A DNA stretch of 64,000 nucleotides from an uncultured Lachnospiraceae bacterium (lineage in GTDB: Bacteria; Bacillota; Clostridia; Lachnospirales; Lachnospiraceae). A program made the position numbers and the translations under genes. Below, piece by piece: positions 10,351 through 21,259 of the stretch. Under the pieces are notes generated by a model. It did no database searches. It was not told where the DNA came from and worked only from the letters and a program-made list of their open reading frames with translations. The stretch is from assembly GCA_964650965.1 (NCBI GenBank), contig CAZYYO010000004.1, positions 6,221 through 70,220 of the forward strand. The letters are read 5' to 3'. Positions within the stretch are counted from its first letter, which is position 1. Each line of letters begins with the position of its first letter.

Positions 10351-11169
10351 TTATCGTTTCAGGTTATTGGCCTGCTCTAGCATGGTATCTGATGTAGTAA
10401 TTGCCTTGGAATTCATCTCATAGGCTCTTTGCGCAATGATCAGATTTACCATTTCATCTGCAACATTTACGTTAGAGCCCTCAAGAAATCCTTGAGATAT
10501 GGTACTTCTAGTCAACCCTGCATCCGTTGCTTCATTCATAGCAAGTCCGGAAGCTGCTGTCTGGGTTAACAGATTATTAGCATTCTTCTCCAAGCCTGCC
10601 GGGTTACGGAATTGATATAATCCCACCGTTTGTCCTGTTCCAATATAATTTCCATCTGGTCCTTTATAAGCCACCTGGCCATCTGTTCCAAATGACACCC
10701 CATCTGCGCTGGCTGTTCCCGGAATTGTAATTCGATTGCCATTAGAATCTAACACAGGGTTTCCATTGGCATTGGTAAGAATTCGGTTTCCATTATTATC
10801 CAAGCTCCAGGTAAAATCACCATTTCTTGTATAATAGGTCTGCCCATCCTCGCCTGTTACTGCAAAGAATCCATCTCCATTGATACATAATGCCATCTTA
10901 TTAGAGCTTGCCAGCTGTGCCCCCTGGGTATAGCTGGTATTGGTGGAAGCCACTCTGGTTCCCAACCCTACCTGTGCACTGGTGGGTTTTGTTTCTCCAT
11001 TTGCAGAGGTAGTTTCCGTCTGCATTGTCTGATACAGTAGGGATTTAAACTGTACTGACTGGGATTTATATCCCGTGGTATTTACATTTGCTAAGTTATT
11101 GGCAATGGTATCGACATTGGTCTGCTGCGCCTTCATGCCGGATGCCGCTGTCCATAATGATCTCATCAT
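10351..11169 (-). CDS. flgG: flagellar basal-body rod protein FlgG
   Basis: N-terminus MMRSLWTAASGMKAQQTNVDTIANNLANVNTTGYK and C-terminus VADEMVNLIIAQRAYEMNSK are canonical rod-protein signatures. Confidence 0.9.
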   Translation of the reverse strand: MMRSLWTAASGMKAQQTNVDTIANNLANVNTTGYKSQSVQFKSLLYQTMQTETTSANGETKPTSAQVGLGTRVASTNTSYTQGAQLASSNKMALCINGDGFFAVTGEDGQTYYTRNGDFTWSLDNNGNRILTNANGNPVLDSNGNRITIPGTASADGVSFGTDGQVAYKGPDGNYIGTGQTVGLYQFRNPAGLEKNANNLLTQTAASGLAMNEATDAGLTRSTISQGFLEGSNVNVADEMVNLIIAQRAYEMNSKAITTSDTMLEQANNLKR

Positions 11170-11191
11170 GTGGATGCATCTCCTTTTTCGC

Positions 11192-11992
11192 TTATACTCG
11201 TCCTACCGTGTTCACTGCTTTGTCTAATGTGGAATCCTCTGTCTGAATTACCTTTTGGCCAGCTTCATAAGCTCTGGCTATGGCAATCATTTGAACCATC
11301 TCATCTACCACATTCACGTTTGAGGCTTCTAAGCATCCTTGCTCCACCTGTGCGTCACTTGCTATCACCTGACCGCCCTCTGCCAGGTCGTATAGATTTT
11401 CTCCATACTTTTCTAGATAGTTATAATCTGCAATATCAACCACACCCACTCTGCCTACAATCGCATTGTTCTGGTATACGTAGCCCTGTTCATCCACGGT
11501 ATAATCCAGATTCGGATTAATCTGCAGGTAATTATTGGGATTACTATCTGAATTCACGGCTCCGTTATTATTCAGCAAATAGTCTCCATCACTGGTAACA
11601 AAGTAGCCCTGGGCATTAACGGAAAAAGAACCATCCCTGGTATATTTAATGGATGTATTTCCACCTTTATCCGTAAAAGCTATCGCAAAAAATCCTTCTC
11701 CGGAAATTCCTAAGTCGGATGCTTTGTCTGTTACTTGAAAACCACCCTGTTCATAGTTGGTATAGGTCTCACCAATTTTAACTCCCTGGTTAATGTATCC
11801 CAGTCTTCGAGGGAGACCTGCATCGGAGGTATCCTTGATTTTAATGGCCAGCTGGGCATCAAAAGACTGATTGGTGGTGCCTTCCTTCTTATACCCTGCT
11901 GTATTGGAATTGGCAAGATTGTTGGACAATACATCCAGTCTACGCTGTTCATTTACCATTCCTGTGTATGCGGTATATAGACCTTTTACCAT
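11192..11992 (-). CDS. flagellar hook-basal body rod protein (FlgF/FlhO-like)
   Basis: N-terminal LSNNLANSNTAGYKK and C-terminal VVDEMVQMIAIARAYEAGQK rod-family motifs. Gene order mreB-rod-rod matches mbl-flhO-flhP. Confidence 0.85.
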   Translation of the reverse strand: MVKGLYTAYTGMVNEQRRLDVLSNNLANSNTAGYKKEGTTNQSFDAQLAIKIKDTSDAGLPRRLGYINQGVKIGETYTNYEQGGFQVTDKASDLGISGEGFFAIAFTDKGGNTSIKYTRDGSFSVNAQGYFVTSDGDYLLNNNGAVNSDSNPNNYLQINPNLDYTVDEQGYVYQNNAIVGRVGVVDIADYNYLEKYGENLYDLAEGGQVIASDAQVEQGCLEASNVNVVDEMVQMIAIARAYEAGQKVIQTEDSTLDKAVNTVGRV

Positions 11993-12163
11993 TTTCTATC
12001 CTCCGTTTGCTACTATGTACTTCCATTCCCTACAGGGAAGTAAAGTCATACGTGTACTTCATGCTATTTATATCGGCTATATATATGTACTTCTTTAGCT
12101 TTTTTTACCTAATGAACAAAGAACACTCCCTGTTTTTATTTCAGGCAGTGTTCTTATGATTTC

Positions 12164-13159
12164 TTATGCGTCGTCTCTCTCTCCAGATAAGAATTCCACG
12201 TATTTTCCAGTACCAATTGCCACACAGGTCATTGGATCCTCTGCAGTCATGGTATTAATTCCTGTACGGTCTTCTACCAGTTCTTCCAATCCACGAAGAA
12301 GTGCGCCTCCACCGGTTAATACAATTCCACGTTCTGCCACATCAGCTGCCAGCTCTGGTGGTGTCTTCTCCAATACACTGTGGATTGCCTCAACAATCTG
12401 CAATGTAGCCTCTCTTAATGCTTCTTCTGTCTCCTCGGAGGATACCTGAATCGTCTTAGGAAGACCTGTTACCAGATTTCTTCCTCTTACATCCATGGTC
12501 TCCGGCGTTGGAAGAGGATAGCATGTACCAATCTTAATCTTAATATCTTCTGCTGTTCTTTCGCCAATCAGAAGATTATGTTTCTTTCTCATATAACGAA
12601 CCAGAGCTTCATCAAAGTCATCACCGGCAATCTTAATGGATGTGCTGACTACCGAGCCTCCCAAAGAGATTACCGCAATATCAGCAGTACCTCCACCTAT
12701 ATCCACAATCATATTTCCACATGGTCTGGAAATATCAATTCCGGCACCGATGGCTGCTGCGATAGGTTCTTCAATAATGGCAACCTCTCTTGCTCCTGCT
12801 GCATAAGTAGCATCCTCTACTGCTCTCTTCTCAACCTCTGTTACACCACTAGGCACACAGACACTGATTCTAGGCTTCCGATAACTCTTCTTGCCCATTG
12901 CCTTCTGGATGAAATATTTAATCATTTTCTCTGTAACGGTGTAATCAGAAATAACACCCTGACGCAGTGGTCTTACTGCCACAATATTACCAGGTGTTCT
13001 TCCCAGCATTAATCTTGCTTCTTCACCAATTGCTTTTATTTTATTGGTATCTCTGTCAAAAGCTACCACAGATGGCTCTTTTAACACTACACCTTTTCCC
13101 TTAACGTACACCAGAATACTGGCCGTACCTAAATCAATTCCGATATCTGTTGAAACCAT
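12164..13159 (-). CDS. mreB: rod shape-determining protein MreB/Mbl
   Basis: Actin-fold motifs IGIDLGTA, DIGGGTADIAVISL and GIVLTGGGALLRGL. Start trimmed to MVSTDIG after AAAGGAGA. Confidence 0.92.
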   Translation of the reverse strand: MVSTDIGIDLGTASILVYVKGKGVVLKEPSVVAFDRDTNKIKAIGEEARLMLGRTPGNIVAVRPLRQGVISDYTVTEKMIKYFIQKAMGKKSYRKPRISVCVPSGVTEVEKRAVEDATYAAGAREVAIIEEPIAAAIGAGIDISRPCGNMIVDIGGGTADIAVISLGGSVVSTSIKIAGDDFDEALVRYMRKKHNLLIGERTAEDIKIKIGTCYPLPTPETMDVRGRNLVTGLPKTIQVSSEETEEALREATLQIVEAIHSVLEKTPPELAADVAERGIVLTGGGALLRGLEELVEDRTGINTMTAEDPMTCVAIGTGKYVEFLSGERDDA

Positions 13160-13390
13160 AACGTTTCTCCTTTCATTTCCCTGTCTATTGAAATGGACAA
13201 AATTCACCTAATAATAGTTTTTGCATTCTCTTCTAATTATATACAATTGTTGCCATTTTTCAATCAATATTTTTACGTTCACAATTTCTTCATAAAAAAA
13301 ATTGTACTTTTTTTGTATTTCTTCACACAATCAACACATTTTATGGTTATATTATTAATGTACTAGCTGATAAGCTAATATAATTTTTCA

Positions 13391-13461
13391 TAACTCAGCT
13401 CCGGGACTTCGGTTCCGGAGCACTCCCCAAAAATTTACGCCACATTTCGTGGCGTTTTTTT
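13391..13461 (+). ncRNA. candidate small RNA: UUCG-capped hairpin, C-rich linker, intrinsic terminator
   Basis: GCTCCGGGAC-TTCG-GTTCCGGAGC (13398-13421; one G-T pair on the plus strand only), linker ACTCCCCAAAAATTT, then ACGCCAC-5 nt-GTGGCGT plus a T-run (13437-13461). Possible -10 TATAAT at 13379-13384 with a weak -35. Confidence 0.3.
13437..13461. terminator. bidirectional intrinsic terminator downstream of the DUF624 gene
   Basis: A 7-bp GC-rich stem, with a T-run on the plus strand and AAATTTTT on the minus strand. Confidence 0.7.
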
Positions 13462-13477
13462 ATTGGGAATATGCTGT

Positions 13478-14128
13478 TTATTCTTCATCCACCTCATAGT
13501 ATGGATCTTCTCGCTGCCGTTCCTCATCTGACATGAGCTGATAGAAGGTATTGTCCATGAACCAGGCAAATCCCCACATAGCAATCCCCGGTAAAAATAA
13601 TACCGTCCATATTTGAATCATAATGATAAAGCCCATCACAAACAATGCTCCAAAAATCAGCAAATCTCCCAGCACATGCCCTACCATAATAATCCAGGAG
13701 CTGCGGAAGGTCTTCATTAATGGTCGTTTGAATCTGGCCATATAGGCTATAACATGCAGGGCATACAAAACCCCGATGAAGAACGCAATAGCACACACCA
13801 TTCTAAGAAGGTTGGTTACTGTTCCATAGCCTTGTTCTGTCATCTTAGCAAACATATTGGCAAGGGTAAATAATGCTGCCAGATTCACCAACAGAATCAT
13901 CCAGGCAATGGTCACCTGTCCAAAATTCTTCTTAAACTCCGCCCAGAAGCGGCGAACTGCATGTCCTTCTCCATTCAGGATACAGTAATGCATGGTAGCA
14001 TACAGTGCTGTAAGACTTGCTCCAGCAGTAACAACGGGAATGCAGGCAATCAAACAGCAGATATTTACCATAATAATTGTTCCGATTTTATCAAATACTT
14101 CTAACCACTTGGTATCTTTACTATTCAT
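13478..14128 (-). CDS. DUF624/YesL-family membrane protein
   Basis: Six-helix membrane protein. The N-terminal FDKIGTIIMVNICCLIACIPVVTAGAS pattern is typical of YesL-like proteins, and it is a paralog of the next gene. Confidence 0.6.
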   Translation of the reverse strand: MNSKDTKWLEVFDKIGTIIMVNICCLIACIPVVTAGASLTALYATMHYCILNGEGHAVRRFWAEFKKNFGQVTIAWMILLVNLAALFTLANMFAKMTEQGYGTVTNLLRMVCAIAFFIGVLYALHVIAYMARFKRPLMKTFRSSWIIMVGHVLGDLLIFGALFVMGFIIMIQIWTVLFLPGIAMWGFAWFMDNTFYQLMSDEERQREDPYYEVDEE

Positions 14129-14162
14129 TTTACTTCTTATCCTTCCTTGTCTATTGTCTCTA

Positions 14163-14915
14163 TCATGTGTTGCCCTGCTGCTTTGCTTCCTCAGCTTCTA
14201 TCATTGCCTGAAACACCTTCTCTAATCGAATGGCAAACATCATTAAGAAGGTTGCCGGAAGTATAAGAATACACCATGGCACGAAAGCAATCAATGCCAC
14301 CATAATAATGGTCATAATAACGGCCACAAAATTCCTTCCTGGGTGCATCAGCATAATTAAAAAGGAATTACGGATACACCGCCAGGTAGTGTCTTGAAAA
14401 TGTGACATGTAGCCAAAAGAATAATATAGGGTAAGCACTGCCAGGGTAAAGGGTATCAATAGCAGAATAAAGCCAAGGGCACTTCCATTTCCTGTCTTAG
14501 CTACTCCATTAAGATAATAAATATCATATCCCATCAAGCCCAGAGCAAGTGCCATGGGAATCCATACCTTTACGCCGCTTTTAAAATTACTCTTAAGCTG
14601 CTTCCAATATGTTGAAAAGGGATATCCTTCATCATCAATGATTGCTTTTCGAATGGTTGTATATAAAGCAATCGTGGCCGGTCCAATGGTAATAATCGGC
14701 ACACAGGTAATCAGCCAGAATATATTCAGCAGCAACAAAAAAGCTGCCTTATTAATTAAATTCATAAACCCGGTTAAGCCTGTTTCTTCTGCATCATAAT
14801 GATCGTCCTCATCTCCAGGCTTTTTCTTTCTCGGGGCTCCGGAATTAGCCAGATTTTCCATTCCCGGTCCGGAATTCACTTGATGATATTGGCGATTTTC
14901 ATCATTTGCTGCCAT
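14163..14915 (-). CDS. DUF624/YesL-family membrane protein with a charged N-terminal extension
   Basis: LLLNIFWLITCVPIITIGPATIALY resembles the YesL family. Tandem paralog of 13478-14128. Confidence 0.6.
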   Translation of the reverse strand: MAANDENRQYHQVNSGPGMENLANSGAPRKKKPGDEDDHYDAEETGLTGFMNLINKAAFLLLLNIFWLITCVPIITIGPATIALYTTIRKAIIDDEGYPFSTYWKQLKSNFKSGVKVWIPMALALGLMGYDIYYLNGVAKTGNGSALGFILLLIPFTLAVLTLYYSFGYMSHFQDTTWRCIRNSFLIMLMHPGRNFVAVIMTIIMVALIAFVPWCILILPATFLMMFAIRLEKVFQAMIEAEEAKQQGNT

Positions 14916-15050
14916 AACAATTTCCTCTTTCTACTGCATCTTTCTTATTTTCCCTAAGGAATCTTATACATAATAACATAAAGAGAGGACAAATATTATC
15001 ATTTACCCTCTCTTTTTATCAATTTTTTATAATTAATTTCCCGATTTCTG

Positions 15051-17885
15051 CTATTTCAAGTATTTCTTAATGTATTGGCCGGTATAGGACTTTTTGCATC
15101 TGGCCACCTGTTCCGGCGTGCCCTTGGCAACTACCGTCCCTCCTCGGTCTCCTCCATCCGGTCCCATGTCGATAATATAATCGGCGGTCTTAATCACATC
15201 CAGATTATGCTCAATAACCACAACCGTATTGCCTCCCTCAGATAACTGGCGAAGAATCTCTACCAGCTTATGCACATCTGCAAAATGAAGACCTGTGGTT
15301 GGTTCATCCAATACATAGATGGTTCTGCCTGTACTTCTCTTACTTAACTCAGTAGCCAGCTTAATACGCTGTGCCTCTCCACCTGATAATGTGGTAGATG
15401 GCTGGCCCAGCTTCAAATAGGACAGTCCAACATCATACAATGTCTGTATCTTACGATGAATGGTGGGGACATTCTTAAAGAAGCCCAATGCTTCCTCCAC
15501 AGTCATGTCCAATACATCATAAATGGATTTATCCTTGTACTTCACTTCCAGTGTCTCCCGGTTATACCGCTTGCCGCCACACACCTCACAGGGCACATAT
15601 ACGTCTGGCAGGAAATGCATTTCAATTTTCAGGATTCCATCTCCTGAGCAGGCTTCACAACGGCCGCCCTTCACATTAAAGCTGAATCTTCCCTTGGCAT
15701 AGCCTCTTGCCTTAGCATCTGCCGTTCCTGCAAACAAATCCCGTATCATGTCGAAAACACCGGTATAGGTAGCCGGATTGGATCTGGGGGTTCTTCCAAT
15801 AGGGGATTGGTCAATATCGATAATTTTATCTAACTGGTCTACACCTTCAATTTCATCATGCTTTCCCGGAATCTGTCTTGCACGATTCAGCTGCTTGGAC
15901 AGGCTCTTATACAGGATTTCATTAATCAGGGAAGATTTTCCCGAGCCTGAGACTCCGGTAATACAGGTCATAATTCCCAGTGGAATATCCACATCTATAT
16001 TGCGAAGATTATTCTCTCTTGCTCCCTTAATAGTAAGAAATCCTGTTGGTTTTCTTCGTTCTGCCGGTACAGGAATCTTCATTCTTCCACTTAAATAGGC
16101 ACCGGTAACGGATTTTGGACATGCCATAATATCCTCTACAGTTCCGGCTGCTACCACTTCTCCACCATGCTCCCCTGCAAGGGGACCAATATCCACAATG
16201 TAATCTGCTTCCCGCATGGTATCCTCATCATGCTCTACCACAAGAAGGGTGTTGCCCAAATCCCTTAATCCCTTGAGAGATGCCAGTAATTTATCATTGT
16301 CCTTCTGGTGCAGACCAATACTTGGTTCATCTAGGATATATGCAACCCCTACCAGCCCGGAGCCTATCTGGGTTGCCAGCCGAATTCGCTGGGCTTCTCC
16401 ACCAGACAATGTACCGGTAGCTCGTGCCAGAGACAGATAATCCAGTCCCACATCCATCAAGAATCCTACACGTCCCTTAATCTCTTTAATGACCTGATGA
16501 CCAATTTTCTCCTGCTGCTGACTCAGCTTCATTTCATCCAAAAACACCTTCAAATCTCGAACCGGCATCTCAGTGATTTCGTAAATATTCTTATCTGCTA
16601 CTGTTACACCCAGGGAGGTCTTCTTCAGTCGCTGTCCATCACATACCGGGCAATGTGTTACCCGCATAAACTCTTCATATTCCTGCTTAATAACCTCGGA
16701 CTTGGTCTCCCGGTATCTCCGATTCACATTCTTAATCAGTCCTTCAAAGAATACGTCGTAGACTCCTTCCCCACGCTGTCCCTTATAATGTACCTTAACA
16801 CTGGTATCTGCTCCATAGATGAACATATGCCGCACATGAAGAGGCAGGTCCTTATAAGGCGTGTCCAGGGAAAAGCCATATTCCTTAGCCAGTGCTTTCA
16901 AAATTGCATGGGAATAGCTCTTAGGATCGGATGCAGACTGCCAGCCCATCACCTGAACTGCACCGGAATTAAAGCTAAGATTCATATCCGGAATCATCAG
17001 CTCCTCGTCAAATTCCATCTTATAGCCCAGTCCAAAGCATTCCGGACAGGCGCCAAAGGGATTATTAAAGGAAAAGCTTCTTGGTTCAATCTCGTCAATC
17101 GTCACACCACAGTCCGGACAGGCAAAGCTTTCTGAAAACCGTATAGGTTCTCCCTGGAATACATCTACTACCATTAACCCCTTAGACAAATGCATTACAT
17201 TTTCAATGGAGTCTGTAAGTCGCTTCTCAATCCCCGGCTTTACCACCAGGCGGTCTACGATAATCTCAATATTATGCTTCTTATTCTTATCTAATGCAAT
17301 TTCCTCGGTAAGCTCAAACTGATTTCCATCTACAACTGCACGAACATAGCCGCTTCTTTTAGCCTTCTCAAACAGCTTTTCATGGGTACCCTTTCTTCCC
17401 CGCACCACCGGTGCTAACAGCTGAATTCTTGTCTTCTCTGGAAGTGCCATGATTTCATCCACCATTTGATCCACCGTTTGCTTCTTAATCTCCTTGCCGC
17501 ACTCCGGGCAATGAGGAATTCCAATGCGGGCATACAGCAACCGGAAATAATCGTAGATTTCTGTAACCGTTCCCACAGTAGACCTGGGATTTCGATTGGT
17601 AGATTTCTGATCGATAGAAATTGCTGGGGGCAATCCTTCAATCTTCTCCACATCCGGCTTCTCCATCTGTCCTAGGAACTGTCTTGCATAGGAAGACAGA
17701 GACTCCATATATCTTCTCTGTCCCTCTGCAAATATGGTATCAAAGGCCAGGGAAGATTTACCTGAGCCACTAAGTCCGGTTAACACCACGAACTCATCTC
17801 TTGGTATATCCAGACTGATATTCTTTAGGTTGTGTACATTGGCACCCCTGATTTTGATGTATTTTCTGTTATTACTATCCTTCAT
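15051..17885 (-). CDS. uvrA: excinuclease ABC subunit A
   Basis: Two ABC modules (GLSGSGKSS and GVSGSGKSS), two LSGGEAQR signatures and CxxC zinc-finger pairs. Confidence 0.97.
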   Translation of the reverse strand: MKDSNNRKYIKIRGANVHNLKNISLDIPRDEFVVLTGLSGSGKSSLAFDTIFAEGQRRYMESLSSYARQFLGQMEKPDVEKIEGLPPAISIDQKSTNRNPRSTVGTVTEIYDYFRLLYARIGIPHCPECGKEIKKQTVDQMVDEIMALPEKTRIQLLAPVVRGRKGTHEKLFEKAKRSGYVRAVVDGNQFELTEEIALDKNKKHNIEIIVDRLVVKPGIEKRLTDSIENVMHLSKGLMVVDVFQGEPIRFSESFACPDCGVTIDEIEPRSFSFNNPFGACPECFGLGYKMEFDEELMIPDMNLSFNSGAVQVMGWQSASDPKSYSHAILKALAKEYGFSLDTPYKDLPLHVRHMFIYGADTSVKVHYKGQRGEGVYDVFFEGLIKNVNRRYRETKSEVIKQEYEEFMRVTHCPVCDGQRLKKTSLGVTVADKNIYEITEMPVRDLKVFLDEMKLSQQQEKIGHQVIKEIKGRVGFLMDVGLDYLSLARATGTLSGGEAQRIRLATQIGSGLVGVAYILDEPSIGLHQKDNDKLLASLKGLRDLGNTLLVVEHDEDTMREADYIVDIGPLAGEHGGEVVAAGTVEDIMACPKSVTGAYLSGRMKIPVPAERRKPTGFLTIKGARENNLRNIDVDIPLGIMTCITGVSGSGKSSLINEILYKSLSKQLNRARQIPGKHDEIEGVDQLDKIIDIDQSPIGRTPRSNPATYTGVFDMIRDLFAGTADAKARGYAKGRFSFNVKGGRCEACSGDGILKIEMHFLPDVYVPCEVCGGKRYNRETLEVKYKDKSIYDVLDMTVEEALGFFKNVPTIHRKIQTLYDVGLSYLKLGQPSTTLSGGEAQRIKLATELSKRSTGRTIYVLDEPTTGLHFADVHKLVEILRQLSEGGNTVVVIEHNLDVIKTADYIIDMGPDGGDRGGTVVAKGTPEQVARCKKSYTGQYIKKYLK

Positions 17886-17955
17886 GTTCTTTTCCTTTTC
17901 TTTCCTGTAGCTTTCCCGCTACGGAAGTCTATATGTCGCTTCTCTGTGCCCGCCA

Positions 17956-19950
17956 CTAAGAATCCTGCTCTATCTCCCGCAGCATATTCTTCAGCTCCAC
18001 TAGCTTATCTCTATATTCTGCCGCTGCTTCAAAGTTCAAATCGCCTGCTGCCTTCTCCATCTTCTTCTTCACCTTGGCAATCATCTCTTCTAGCTCCTGA
18101 CGATCCATATCTTCCGGTTCCTTAGAGAACTTCATTTCCTCCTGAGCGATTTCTTTGGATATGCTAATCAAATCTCGTACCGATTTCTGAATGGTTGTGG
18201 GCGTTATGCCATGCTCCTTATTATATGCTTCCTGAATACCTCGTCGCCGCTTGGTCTCATCGATGGCCATTCTCATGGAATCCGTTATCTTATCTGCATA
18301 CATAATTACGTGGCCTTCACTGTTTCTTGCAGCCCTGCCGACGGTTTGGATGAGTGAACGTTCTGAACGCAGGAACCCTTCCTTGTCTGCATCTAAAATT
18401 GCAACCAATGTAATTTCCGGAATATCCAATCCTTCTCTTAGAAGGTTAATTCCTACCAGAACATCAAATACATCCAGGCGAAGGTCTCTTATAATCTCTG
18501 CCCGCTCCAGGGTGTCAATATCAGAATGAAGGTATTTCACACGAATTCCCAGCTCTGCCATATAGTCTGTCAAATCCTCTGCCATCCGCTTGGTCAGGGT
18601 GGTGATTAATACCTTGTGCTTTCCAAGGATTTCCTTATTTACTTCACCAATCAAATCATCAATCTGTCCCTCCACAGGGCGAACCTGTATTTCCGGATCC
18701 AGCAAGCCTGTGGGGCGAATTACCTGCTCTGCCCGTAGCATCTCATGTTCTGCTTCATAATCTCCCGGAGTGGCAGAACAAAACATCATCTGGTCTATCT
18801 TGGATTCGAACTCCCCAAAATTCAATGGACGATTGTCCTTGGCAGAGGGCAGGCGGAAGCCATAATCCACCAATGTTGATTTTCTAGACTGGTCACCTGC
18901 ATACATTCCCCGCACCTGAGGCAATGTAATATGAGACTCATCAATAATGATTAAATAATCATCTCCAAAATAATCCATCAACGTCTGGGGTGGTTCTCCT
19001 GGCTGCTGGCCTGTCATATGTCTGGAATAATTCTCTATTCCACTGCAAAAGCCTGTTTCCCGGAGCATCTCTATATCAAAGTTCGTTCGTTCTGCAATTC
19101 GCTGCGCTTCAATCAGCTTGTCCTCGCTCTTAAAGTATCGAACCCGTTCCTCTAACTCTGCTTCAATGGTCTTACACGCCGCATTGATTTTCTCCTGGGG
19201 AACCACATAGTGCGATGCTGGGAAAATAGCCACATGCTCCAACTCCCGCTTTACCCCGCCTGTAAGCACATCAATCTCAGTAAGTCGATCTATTTCATCT
19301 CCAAAGAATTCTACACGGTAAGCATATTCTGATGCATTTGCCGGAAAAATCTCCACCACATCGCCTCTTACCCGAAAGGTTCCTCGGGTAAAATCCATAT
19401 CATTGCGAATGTACTGCATATCAATGAGCGCCCGAATCACATCATCCCTATCCTTCTCATCCTGGGGGCGCAAAGAAACCATCATATTCTGATAGTCCTC
19501 AGGACTTCCGATTCCATAGATACAGGATACCGATGATATAATAATTACATCCTTTCGCTCTGCCAATGCTGCCGTTGCAGACAAGCGAAGCTTATCAATC
19601 TCATCATTAATTGCTGAGTCCTTGGCTATATAGGTGTCTGAAGACGGAACATATGCTTCTGGCTGGTAATAGTCATAATAGGACACAAAATACTCCACTG
19701 CATTTTCTGGAAAGAATTCCTTGAATTCTCCATAAAGCTGCGCCGCCAGTGTCTTATTATGCGCAATAATCAATGTGGGTTTATTCAGTTGTTCAATTAC
19801 ATTTGCCATGGTAAAGGTCTTACCACTTCCAGTGACTCCCAGCAGGGTCTCAAACTGGTTGCCCTCTTTAAACCCCTGCACCAGCTCCTGAATTGCCTGG
19901 GGCTGATCTCCTGTTGGTTCGTATGGAGAATGCAATTTAAAATGATCCAT
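17956..19950 (-). CDS. uvrB: excinuclease ABC subunit B
   Basis: Walker [15 protein letters not shown] box, helicase C-terminal motifs and a C-terminal UVR domain ([11 protein letters not shown]). Confidence 0.97.
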   Translation of the reverse strand: MDHFKLHSPYEPTGDQPQAIQELVQGFKEGNQFETLLGVTGSGKTFTMANVIEQLNKPTLIIAHNKTLAAQLYGEFKEFFPENAVEYFVSYYDYYQPEAYVPSSDTYIAKDSAINDEIDKLRLSATAALAERKDVIIISSVSCIYGIGSPEDYQNMMVSLRPQDEKDRDDVIRALIDMQYIRNDMDFTRGTFRVRGDVVEIFPANASEYAYRVEFFGDEIDRLTEIDVLTGGVKRELEHVAIFPASHYVVPQEKINAACKTIEAELEERVRYFKSEDKLIEAQRIAERTNFDIEMLRETGFCSGIENYSRHMTGQQPGEPPQTLMDYFGDDYLIIIDESHITLPQVRGMYAGDQSRKSTLVDYGFRLPSAKDNRPLNFGEFESKIDQMMFCSATPGDYEAEHEMLRAEQVIRPTGLLDPEIQVRPVEGQIDDLIGEVNKEILGKHKVLITTLTKRMAEDLTDYMAELGIRVKYLHSDIDTLERAEIIRDLRLDVFDVLVGINLLREGLDIPEITLVAILDADKEGFLRSERSLIQTVGRAARNSEGHVIMYADKITDSMRMAIDETKRRRGIQEAYNKEHGITPTTIQKSVRDLISISKEIAQEEMKFSKEPEDMDRQELEEMIAKVKKKMEKAAGDLNFEAAAEYRDKLVELKNMLREIEQDS

Positions 19951-20039
19951 AGGCTTGTTCTCCCAAGTAATATCTTATTAGACATCGCTTTTATTATGCT
20001 CGTTGGCTGTTCTCATTATTATAGCAAAACGCAAAAAGA

Positions 20040-20074
20040 AAGTACAGAGCAAACCGAATGTTTGTTCTGTACTT
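20040..20074 (-). terminator. intrinsic terminator after the epimerase gene
   Basis: AGTACAGAGCAAAC-5 nt-GTTTGtTCTGTACT, followed by TTCTTTTT on the minus strand. Confidence 0.65.
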
Positions 20075-20099
20075 AGTATTTTTATATGGAGGTTATATT

Positions 20100-21119
20100 T
20101 TATGCCACGTTAATCTTGCCGGTCTCCTTTAACCACTGCACTTCATCATGAATGGTTTCTTCATAGGAGCGTGTGTGATATCCCAATTCCTTCTGTGCCT
20201 TAGAGGAATCGAAGGCATTATTTCTAGCCAGATTATATACTGCAAAAGTAGTCATCATTGGCTTTTCACCTTTTTTCTTAGCCTTCTTCTCCATAACCTT
20301 GGCCATAAGATTCGCCATTTTCAGTGGCAGGAACATTCCCACTGGCTTGCAATTGCACTCCTTCTGAAGCATACCGCACATGGCGCGGAAGGTTACTTCG
20401 TCATTTCCAAGGATATAGCATTCTCCTGCTTTTCCCTTCTTCGCCGCACGAATGGTTCCATCTGCCAAATCTCGTACATCACATAGATTAAAGGAGCCAT
20501 CAATACCCGCTGGCATTTCTCCGTTAATAATCTTAATTAATGTTCCGGTGGTTTCTCCCACTGCAAAATCCTCTGGTCCTAAGATACCACTTGGGTGAAC
20601 CACACAGGCATTTAATCCTTGATTGTGTACCGCATCTAATACCACCTGAGTAGCCAACGCCTTGGACTGACTATAGCATCCTAACACCTTGGTCTCATCA
20701 AATTTCTTAACCTCTTTGATTCTGCGTCCCTTAGGAAGCTCTGGAATTGCTCCGGTACTGCTGCAATACACTAATTTCTGGCATTCCTTATGTGCCAGAC
20801 ACAAATCCACAATATTCTGGGTTCCACCTACATTTACATCCATAACCAGCTTGTTATAATCCGGATCGACGGTTACCACACTGGCAATATGAAGAACAAT
20901 GGTCTCGCACCCTTCCTCTACGGTAAAGAATTTCTCCAAAGAAGCCTTATCACATAAATTTCCTTCTACAATCTCTGCTTCCTTGGGAACGAATTTCATC
21001 GCCTTGTCATTGGGAAGAACAAATGCTCGAACCTGCTCTCCCTGGTCTACCAATTGACGGCAAATGGTGCCTCCTAAGAATCCTGCTGCTCCTGTGACTA
21101 AATATTTTGTATTACTCAT
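20100..21119 (-). CDS. NAD-dependent epimerase/dehydratase family (extended SDR) protein
   Basis: N-terminal Rossmann motif VTGAAGFLGG and a YSQSK catalytic motif. Terminator hairpin at 20040-20074. Confidence 0.8.
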   Translation of the reverse strand: MSNTKYLVTGAAGFLGGTICRQLVDQGEQVRAFVLPNDKAMKFVPKEAEIVEGNLCDKASLEKFFTVEEGCETIVLHIASVVTVDPDYNKLVMDVNVGGTQNIVDLCLAHKECQKLVYCSSTGAIPELPKGRRIKEVKKFDETKVLGCYSQSKALATQVVLDAVHNQGLNACVVHPSGILGPEDFAVGETTGTLIKIINGEMPAGIDGSFNLCDVRDLADGTIRAAKKGKAGECYILGNDEVTFRAMCGMLQKECNCKPVGMFLPLKMANLMAKVMEKKAKKKGEKPMMTTFAVYNLARNNAFDSSKAQKELGYHTRSYEETIHDEVQWLKETGKINVA

Positions 21120-21259
21120 GATTTTATCCCCGCTTTCTTATCTGCATATTTTATTTTCATATTCTCATCAACCCAAGGTATCTCTTCTGTTGATGATGAT
21201 AATATAGCAGGGGTTTATTTCTGGATTATTTCACTTTTGTTTCAGTTATGTTAAATGTA

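Noticed and set aside
12119-12155. A hairpin after mreB (AAGAACACTcCCTG...CAGGcAGTGTTCTT) as a terminator separating mreB from the rod genes.
   Set aside because: It has no adequate U-tract on the minus strand. The mbl-flhO-flhP-like arrangement is probably co-transcribed or only partially attenuated, so I did not list it as a terminator.
19951-20074. A LexA/Cheo-box-like GAACAAACATTC near the uvrB promoter.
   Set aside because: It has one mismatch to GAAC-N4-GTTC, lies inside the epimerase terminator hairpin upstream of the -35, and has no second half-site context. It is not supportable.
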